DNA of 64,000 nt. It comes from Salisapilia sapeloensis CBS 127946. Its lineage: Eukaryota; Protista; Oomycota. The stretch spans positions 1 through 64,000 of the forward strand of contig JAADVB010000084.1 of the NCBI GenBank assembly GCA_023334545.1. The letters run 5' to 3'. The position numbers and the translations under genes are program-made. Shown in pieces: positions 55,059 to 64,000 of the stretch. The notes below the pieces were generated by a model. It ran no database searches. It saw only the letters and a program-made list of their open reading frames with translations, and was not told the DNA's origin. Numbering within the stretch: position 1 is the first letter of the stretch; each line of letters starts with the position of its first letter.

Positions 55059-57599
55059 TTTTGACTTGCCGCCCTTTTATCAGTGTGAATGAGCTGATTG
55101 AGGATGAAGAGACGTAATCCAATTAATACTTGATACAGCGGTAACTGAGATTTTGATCCTAAGAAGAGGAACAACGCTATGTATATGAATACTGGTCTAC
55201 TAGAAACTTTTATTCAAGTTGTGATACTTTTGAATGACGGACCGATGCTACGAACTACATGCATTGCAGCTCAAATACTGTTCTAGTGACCGTAGCCATC
55301 AAGATTCAGCATTTAAAACTACGCAGCCGACAGAGTTGCTCTTTATGACGGGCGCTTACAATAAAAGCCAACAGCTGACAATGAGCTGGATATAAGTATC
55401 TGTTTGAAATGTCCTACACTACAGTGGTGCCTCCCCTGACATCATTTGGGTTATAACCTCTGGCTCGATCCTACTAGCTAGTCCAGACGCACCGATCAGC
55501 AAAACAACACTGCATAATTGTGATTGATACAACTCGTGCACCCATATCTTTCAGTGTTGCTGTCAAAGAGATGGGGCAGGACACATTTGGTTGACCCAGC
55601 GAAACAGGACGAACTTATGGGTTACAGCTATGCATCAAAAGATTTTACAATGAAGTTATTCACCCAGTAAGCCCCCAGTCGAGATCATTGTGGGCTGCAG
55701 CATTAAACTGAATCATCTACAGGTAAACAAAAACGAAAATAAACACGGTAGTAATTAAGCATACCGTAGATGTAAAAACTGCTATCTAGACGTCAGAAAG
55801 CACTTCAATTGCTACGAACTGCTTATAGAGCAAGAAGAAAGATCACGATGTACCACCTACACTAAGCAGAGGGTAAACGACATGAGTTGAAAAGAACGAG
55901 CTCATTGCCGCAATTTGAGAACTGCAAAAAGATCAGAGGTTTTTACGAAGAATCTCACAAATTTGGCTACTACCGTAATGTAAGTTTTGTTATTCCATGT
56001 TGCCTACAACTACTGCGCTAGACACTGGTCATACGCTTCCTGATGTAGCTACAAAATTAAGCAGAATTTCACGGACATAATCTGGTTTTAAAAAGATGAT
56101 GAGCATATAATTGCTTTAGCGTACTCTGTTATCGTTGATTTCCATGGATGCTCTGGCGCTGGATTATGTGGAACGGATACAGTTGCCACATTAGTTGTGT
56201 GTTTTGTAACAAGCCATCTATAGCAAAGCATTGCTTCATACTTTCGTCCACGACTGATCATTTGGAAACTCAGCCGGTATCTACCACCAACCTACACAAG
56301 TAATGCAAATGTTGTAGCAGAAAAAGAGGATACATTTATTTGTTTCTCGAGCTGGAGCTCCAGTAATTAGTCACACATGTGCAAATAGTGGACGCCATAC
56401 CCGTCTACGCCGGTGCTTGATTAATATGTACTGGAACAAGCATTAGATTTCATACGTGACTTTACGCCTTTTCACCTCACTTTCAATTGGAGAACATATC
56501 AAGCTACGACAAATCTTATCAACATACCGTTATTGCTTCTATCCGAGCTTAGAATCAAGTAGATTTCCCTATCACTGAACCCGCATATTTTAAGACACTG
56601 GCAGCTACACCAAGTTATAATTTTATACGCATACCTCTAGAGCAAAATGAAATAATGCAATGTATAGCCTCGAGCTCGTGTCGCCTGACAAGTTGAAGCG
56701 AATACGCTTACTGTTTAGTATGAGTTTCCTTACGCGTAATGTTGATCGAAAGAAGACATACACCTTTCATACACATATACTACTGCAGATAAGTTAAGAT
56801 AAAAATACAAACGCTTTCTAGCAATCAGAGAAGCAGTCATGAATAACAGGGATGCAGTTGCTCTTTTAATCTTTTACCGACACGTTATGTCTTTCCCATC
56901 TAAAAGGTCTTACATGCAGGCAGTCAATGACCTAAAACATACAGTATTGAAACAAGCTGCGGACCATCTCGGTAAACATTTTGTATATGATTCTGCTATT
57001 AAGAGATCTTCTCACGGGTAAACAAGTATCATCTTTACTGATTTAAAGCGTTTATCGATTACATGCAGAGGCGGAACTCGCAGCAATGTATCAAATAGGT
57101 TTTCATTTCCAAACCTTCTTCGAACTCAAGTCGTCAAAGTATCGCCTTCAAAGGTCAGACCTTCAGCCTTTCAAGAAAAAAGCCCCCACCTGAGGCTCTA
57201 GAAGAAGGATAATTATGGCGGAGATGGGCTCCGCACCGCCTAGAGTGATGGTTACGCGGGAAGTTTGACATTATACGCGGTGGAAAAGACGACCCGATTA
57301 TCACGCGAGCTACTTACATACAAGAGCACCAATAGGGCACATTAGCCAACACACTTAATAAGTATTACACATGACCAAACAGCTCTGTCCAAGTTCACAC
57401 AAGAGCAGCATATGAGGAAATAAGACAGCAAGCTTAAACGAAAAAATCACAGCCTGGCCCAAAATGTTGTTTATAATTTGCAAAAGCTCTGGATGGACAT
57501 TATATTTCAGAAGGGACTTCGCATCCATGTGCCTCAGTACCACAAATAGACTTAAATGTTCTCCCTGCATTGACGCAATTCAATTCGACGCTTTAATTC

Positions 57600-60240
57600 A
57601 TAAACTTCCAAAAACTAACAAACAACAAATAATGATTAATACCAAAAAAAAGATGTAAACTATACGCAACAACTTTATAAAAAACAACAAATAGAACACA
57701 ACAAAGCTTAGTTATACAATATATTGTTTAAAAGCATACGCAAATATTTTTGATTACACAGTACATATGTCGTTCTCAAAGATCTAAATCTTAGATTCAT
57801 TTGTTTTCGTTAACTAAAAAAAAACACACACACAATCCTATTTTAACACACACGACAAAAATTTTGCACAAACTAAATGCAATCATATAAATGCTTATAT
57901 ACATGCAAAGGTCTATACCAATAAATGACACAAAGTTATAATCGATCTAACAATGAACAAATCTCGTTTATATAAACAACAAATATGTAACAAATGCAAT
58001 AGTTTCAATTAAAAAAAAAATCTATTTACTTATACGAATTAATAAACAATTGATTAACATTAGTTTCAACGTTTGCGAATTAAACGGAAACTTTTTAGCT
58101 CAGTGTTTACACTCAAAATAACAGTTAAAACGGTAGTAAATTCTAAACAAGCTTGTACATTAAAAATAATTCAAATTTGACAATTTTCTATTTACACATC
58201 GACATTAATCACAAAAACAATTATATGTTAAGCAGAACACCTAGAAATATAGGACATCTTCATATTGTCAAAATATTTTTCTTTAGTATATTTCTTTTAT
58301 TTTAATACCATTGTATACAAATTTATCGCTATAAGTAAACATATATAATACAAAAAGTTCATTAAAATAGGTTTAATGTTGTACTGTTCATACGCATAAA
58401 GAAAGACAAATTTGTAGCTCAATAAAAATTAGCTCCTTTAAACTATCAACATTTCATAAGCAAAACATTTATTATATATATTTACAAAATTTACATGTTT
58501 ATTTTCAAAATCTTTTGCACAGCGTAAGGCGTTTCTTAAAATTTGAATCTATGATATAATAACTTTTTTAAAGTATGATTTATACGTTGAGAACTAATCA
58601 AAATTTTGTTAAATACAAAGAGTTCTGCAAAAAATGTAAAAAACTTTTAAAAAAATAATTTTTTCTAACTAACATAAGATAATTACGCATTTGCCTACTA
58701 GAAAGCTTTATTGAGGTTGTACAAAAAAAAATAACTAACAAAATTTAGTGTTTAAATTTCAGTATTAAGACTTATAAAATGTTTTGCTTATTAAAGGTAT
58801 ATTCAAAAGCTTGTTTTGTTGTATTGTAAAAATGTAAAGTTCACTTCTAATTTATATTTTTATCAAATTGACTAATTAGTATCTTTTTATGTTTTTTAGC
58901 ATACAACTTTCATAATATAAAAAAGTTAAATTGTATTATTTATTCAACAGAGGATATAATTTAATATGCAATCCACGTTCATAAAAAAGGTGTTAAATTC
59001 AAATGATAATATTCAATTATTTTTGTAAATTGTTGGCATACGTAAAGCATCTAGTATTATATCTATACGTCATGTAATGGTTTAATTTTATTTTATTTTT
59101 TGTGCGAAAACAAATTGTTATAATTATTTAAGTTTGTCATATTAATTTTTTGTGTTTTTTATTATTCATATTTTGAATAAATACCAAATCTTCTAATGAT
59201 AGAAAGATTATTAATTGATAATACTTTGTTTCTTTACTGTTTCTGTATAACAAAGTTTTGAATTTAATGTTTTGCTAATTCGTAGACTAAGCATAAGTAT
59301 TAAATTCTGTACTTATAGCCGCTTATAAGAAAATGAAATTTAATAATACAATCTTAATTACGCAGTTTGTTATAGCTGCAATATTAAAGAATATAAATTT
59401 TTTACTTGTAAACAATGATGTTTAGCAAAACTAAGAATATATCAATATTTTAATCACCTTTTTTTCTAAAACACTACTTAACTCTGTTTTAAGATTCTGT
59501 TAAGTAATTAGTTCTTATTTAAAAAAAAGAATTTGTCTGATTACTTCCATTACGAAAGTTTTGTTTGTAATTAAAACATGGGACTTATACTTTTGAGTAG
59601 CTTTCTATAATAATTTTATGGACATGTTTTTACACTATCTTGTATAAGACTTTTGTTTTAATATTTTTTAATAATTATAACAGTTTGTTGTACACGTTTT
59701 TGTATTACTTTTAGAATTTAATGAATTCTTTATTATAATGTATTTTTGTATGACTAAAAATATCTTGTTTATTTTATGCTTATAATTGTAGTCTAACCAA
59801 AGACATTTATGCACTCAGTGTTGTAGAGTTCAAAATTCGTTTACTTTTGCTCTTATTAATGTAATAACGAATACAATAAGTAGGTGTTTTGACATTCGGT
59901 CTTTGTTTGTGTTAAATATGTGGAGTTCAAGGTTTTTGGATCTTATTATTTGTACAAAGCACATCATTGTTTTTGTTTAAAGTTTTGTTATACATTTTAT
60001 ATTTTGCAGACTAACAAAAGTTTCTTCAGTCGCTTTTTTGCATTAACATGGTTACGCAATCTGTTTTTTATATCAAAATTGGTTTTATTTTAGAGTTTTG
60101 TACAAAGTTTTGCAGTCTTAAGTAATGTTTCTTCGTTGGATATAAAACAATCTGATGAATGTTAAAACGTGTTTTTGCGTTTTTATAAAAGTACAAAACA
60201 GAAGTTGATGTTGCTTATTGTCGCTTTAAATGTATCACAT
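57600..60240. other. AT-rich non-coding island with strand-skew inversion (candidate centromere core / replication origin)
   Basis: Hand count ~614 G+C in 2640 nt (~23% GC). C>G and A>T on the left; G>C and T>A on the right. No ORF of 60 aa or more between 57658 and 60215. The composition is certain; the function is inferred. Confidence 0.6.
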
Positions 60241-61744
60241 GCGAACTGTTATGAAACCGGTTGGTGACATAGCTGTTTATTTGGCGTAAATAAATGTTAT
60301 GCGGGGCGTTGAATATGATGCTATACATGAGTCTAAACAACTTGTTAGGATCCGGCAAGGTATGATCAAAAGCGATAAACACTACTAGAAAATTGTTTTG
60401 ACTGCCCATAAAGGCTCCTTTTAGGTTTCGTACTTCGTAAGTTAGCTGATAGAGCGCACAGAATTGCCTACATGATCCATAGAATGACGTACTTGTGTCT
60501 CCGATCTATTTCATCACATTCGACAGACGTTACGCAAGGAATCGAATTCTGCCGTGGTCGACATCGCTCGGTTTAAGTTTATACGTCAGATAGTTCTATC
60601 CTAACTTTCTGCTTTCTCTAGTGTAACTTGAGTGGACTTCACCAATTATAACTCAGGGCAGTCGATGAGTAAAATGGGTTCTCATTTTCTTATGAGGATA
60701 CACGCAAGAGATATGGACATGTCCTTCGTCCAGCTCTTTCGGCTCCGAAATGATGATTGCCATGCGACGGACTCAGGCTCTTCTACCTATCACTTTCACT
60801 ATCTCAAACGGATCCAAAAGATCCTGCTTGGCGCGACTGACGGCTTGATTCTTTCAAAGTTGAATAGGCCTAATACTCGAAATGTACTTTCATGATACTA
60901 ACCATGATCTCTCCATGATCTTCATGCGACAAAGTTGTCTATGAGCTCTACGAGCGAAAATCTAAATTTGAGTATTCATTGTTTTTGTGGTGAGTTGTAT
61001 AGATGCTTAGTAGTTTGTTATCAATAAACGAGCTGACTGCTAAAGCGAAAAAAACATGGCGCCAGGACCAGAACATTTTACTCTTTTGTTTTGACTGTAC
61101 TTCTGACAAACGAAGTCGTTTTTAGTTTGGCAAGGAAGCAGTAGAAGTACTATGATCTCCGTATGTTGAGTTGAAACTTTCATATATTCAAGAGTCTGCA
61201 TTGAAAAATGTCATACAGCAACATATATCTCGTATCTATCGAATCAGTTTTTTGGTTAGGACGAAGGGACACAGTCTCAGGATGCTCACAAACTCTGTGT
61301 CGGGTGACGCGTACGCCAGCTTTTGACCGGTCGTGAAGCAATTTGTATTCGTGGGATATTTGCTACAATGATTTAATAGATGACCCTATCGTGGTTTCAA
61401 GGCAATTCTATCGCTTCTAGGTACATTTACAGACATTCTAACAGCTAAGAGCTAAGAACTGAAGGAGTGCTTTCATCACACTCTTACCTACACAGTTGAA
61501 GTGTCGCTAACTGTTTGCACTTTTACGATGGTCGTTGATCTGAAGACTCATCGATACCGATATGCAGAAGGTTTCACCGGTGAGGAGATCGTTCTCACGC
61601 AGACGACAGCTAAGCAGAAACGTGTATATCAATCGAAGAGTTAACTAAATTACTACAATCCAACGGTGATAAGACGTGTATTCGTTTTAACGTTCCAAAA
61701 CCAAAAGACTATTGCATTGATACTCTGCTAGTAAATCTAGAAAC

Positions 61745-63127
61745 CTACTGACTGTCGACGGATTCGGACAAATCGGTGCTGACTAAAAGTCTCTCGCTCG
61801 TGCATCGTATATCTCCTGCTGGTCTCCATCGATCGATGAGATGATACGGCGCGTACACTTTCACGTACTTGTTGGGACCCAAGTCGAGGGAGTTGAAGAC
61901 GTCGGATGAGAAAACGGCCACAATACGTGTATGTAGAAGACCAGACTCATCCTGTGGTTCTATCGACTCGACGTACGCATCGTAGATGACCTGCCCTTGT
62001 CCAGCCTGCATGGATCGAGCCTTGCTATCGAGCCACAGGACCACGTGCTGTCTCTGCTGAATCAAATCTGTCGTCTGGCTCTGTCGCTGCCACAGACTCT
62101 GTCCGTTCGAGTGCAGAAGCGTCCGATCTTGTTGGATCTTATGCGTCGCTTTCTCCAACAGCCTCCCAATCTTCCCTGGGACGACTCGAGGTCTCGACGG
62201 ACCAACAGATCGTCGTTGTAGACCATTGGACGGCAACGGCGAGGAAAAGGATGTATTAAGCGCTTCGGAGCGCATGACTTGAGGCGTGTCTTCGATCCGG
62301 TCCGATCGATCGACAGCAGGATGTGGACTCATGTCGATGTTATTATTCTGGGAGTTACGTATGGCTTGATTCAGTCTGTCTGAAAGTCGAATCTTTGGCT
62401 GGGAACTGGTCTCAGTAGGTAGAATACTGCGTGGTCTCGTTCCGGCAGCATGGCGTCTACATAAATACTGTCAATAACCATGGACTCTACTGTGCCATAC
62501 AAGATTGACTTTGTGGACGCCTGGCGAGCACGCTTCTGACGCTGGAGACTTGTCTCTGCTTGCCTTTTGGCTCGGAAGGACGTCGTGGGGCGAGACCACC
62601 GGGCCGGTCGAGCGTCTGCTCGCTCGACTTTACACTCCAGAGGCTCTGGCTGATGGATAGACGACTCACGACGCGGAGGCTCGTTCAGTGGCGTTTCATC
62701 CGGCATCTGAGCAATAGGAGACTGCGACCACCCGAGAGACTCTGCTGCTCTCGGCGTAATCTCTCCTCCGAGACTCTGACTCGCGTTCTCGAGCGAATCT
62801 GGCTGCGGCACGACTTGATCCTCTTGAGGTGGAGGCGTCATGGGTCTCAGTAGCGATGCGAATGGGTTTACCTGGACATCTCGACTCTCTTCGCATTTCG
62901 AATGAGCTTATATTCAACGTATGTAGAGAGATGGAGAGCGTACCGACTTCGAGGCTGAAGGCTGCTTGCTCTCGAGGTCGTTCTCGGACGACAGTGGTGC
63001 TGTAGCTGTGCTCAGAGGATTGACTTTCGCCTATGATGGACTCATCTAGCTGTGTGGAGGGTTGGAAGATGTGTCGGCCTCGGGCGTCGGCGTCCAAGTC
63101 GTAGTAGACTCTCCGCTCGCCTTCCAT
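61745..63127 (-). CDS. Hypothetical multi-exon protein; C-terminal part weakly resembles SPIDR/DUF4502
   Basis: Three tandem minus-strand ORFs (62696-63127, 62371-62841, 61745-62332) with gene-like composition, including VAVFSSDVFNSLDLGPNKYVKVYAPY. Whether they form one gene, and the family, are uncertain. Confidence 0.55.
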
Positions 63128-63519
63128 GCCTAGTTGTTGGGTTTCGCGGGTCTTTTGCTCCTTAAATGCTACTTTTTAGGAATGTAAAACTTCTCTCTAT
63201 ATGGAAGTTGGGTTGAAGAGTAGATTTGAAGAGATGCTTCCAATCTCAATAGCTCCAGGGTAATCACGGCTTTATCAGGTTATTAGTAGAGCGAAGAGCT
63301 CTACATGCCGATAGATAGCAAGTCTTTAGGAGCTGTTAACATATTTATAAATGCAAGCTTTGACGTGTTCATCAAAGAGACCGATGCATCTAATAACGCT
63401 ACTCAGCTCTAGATAAAGCCTATGCGATGCGAATAGCACGAGGAGACGATCGCTCAATACGACACCATGGTCTGCTAGATAGCTCTGTCCTAAGGTTAGA
63501 CGCTTGCCATATATGTTAT

Positions 63520-64000
63520 ACCGTTTTCGCTGAGCATAACCGATGTTGTTTTTCGACATGCCAATGAAAATCTAGCGAAACAGTCCAATGCAACTTTCCC
63601 CTTCTATTGAATGCAAAAGCGATCATTCTGTACTGCCAATGCAGTTGCATTTACATATTATTGGGCTAACTTGTCTCCCGTGCTCAATTCTATGCTAAAA
63701 ATTACGTTTCCATCGCCATGCGCTGTAGCATGAGTTGTGTGAAAATTGCTGCATATAGATTACGCCTTTGAAGCGGACTAGACCTGAATCGATATACCCT
63801 CCGATATAATCTATCTTTTCGTCGACTAGGGAAAGAAAGATTATCGAAGCATAACACCGATCGAAATTCGCACGTGCTCGTTCTCATATTGCATATTTTA
63901 TCTCGCATAATCCTCCATGGTACTGTCAGCGAACACGACCATAAATGGTTTTGGTACATCTCGGTCTTCTCCTTTGATGCAATCAATAGGAGGGAATATT
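63520..64000 (+). repeat. Dispersed decayed repeat, copy 3 (inverted relative to copies 1 and 2; truncated by window end)
   Basis: Reverse complement of 63781-63860 matches nt ~291-375 (e.g. cctagtcgacgaaaag, gggtatatcgat); similarity continues to both sides. Confidence 0.85.

Noticed and set aside
56839-57060. Peptide FVYDSAIKRSSHG*TSIIFTD, resembling the repeat-family relic LRYNSAFRRLGKEGLSRHNTD or a Merlin/IS1595 motif
   Set aside because: 7/21 identities found by eye after much searching, with flanks not aligning; compatible with chance.
57218-57244. GC hairpin gcggag-atggg-ctccgc followed by CTAG (Helitron 3' end-like)
   Set aside because: Only a 6-bp stem, a 5-nt spacer, the base after CTAG is A rather than T, and there is no matching 5' end or second copy.
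57600-60240. AT island as a NUMT or viral insertion (oomycete mtDNA has similar GC)
   Set aside because: No ORF of 60 aa or more, and no rRNA or tRNA signature, in 2.5 kb, whereas mtDNA and viral DNA are gene-dense. Not fully excluded without BLAST.
57600-60240. AT island as a foldback/inverted-repeat element or satellite array
   Set aside because: Reverse complements of the right-half lines I compared did not align to the left half beyond short words, and no tandem monomer was visible.
57600-60240. TpC/GpA depletion suggesting APOBEC- or RIP-like mutation
   Set aside because: The ApC excess on the left and GpT excess on the right are largely explained by the local A/T skew; hand counts were not decisive.
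1-64000. CRISPR arrays, rRNA, tRNA, selenocysteine MsrB, U12-type introns
   Set aside because: None seen. MsrB has Cys codons, and no RTATCCTT donor was found at the intron starts I inspected.

Overview
Gene-dense eukaryotic chromosome segment, most likely from an oomycete. This is inferred from an LRR-TKL receptor-like kinase, a Drosha-type RNase III, a GH5 exo-1,3-beta-glucanase, ciliary ARL13B and short GT-AG introns; the standard genetic code fits every gene I spliced by hand. About 36 protein-coding genes are packed with very short spacers, often as head-to-head and tail-to-tail pairs. They include RPB4, an archaeal-type iPGM, a CENP-L-like protein, HEATR5, GOSR1, an SR protein, DNAJC21, an ARL13B fusion, ATP12, PI31, IBA57, RBM22, a Drosha-like protein, bL32m, RibD-C, MsrB, a DHHC enzyme, VPS52, INTS3, PSMB5, an SPX-SLC13 transporter, TIM9 and STX8. 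The standout is a ~6.7 kb gene-free gap (55.06-61.74 kb). Its ~2.6 kb core is about 23% GC, and its G/C and A/T strand skews invert across the middle, as expected for a long-lived bidirectional replication origin and/or a small regional centromere. A decayed coding repeat family (possibly a LINE 3' end) occurs three times. Exon boundaries, translations and base counts were done by hand and are approximate; no database searches were run.
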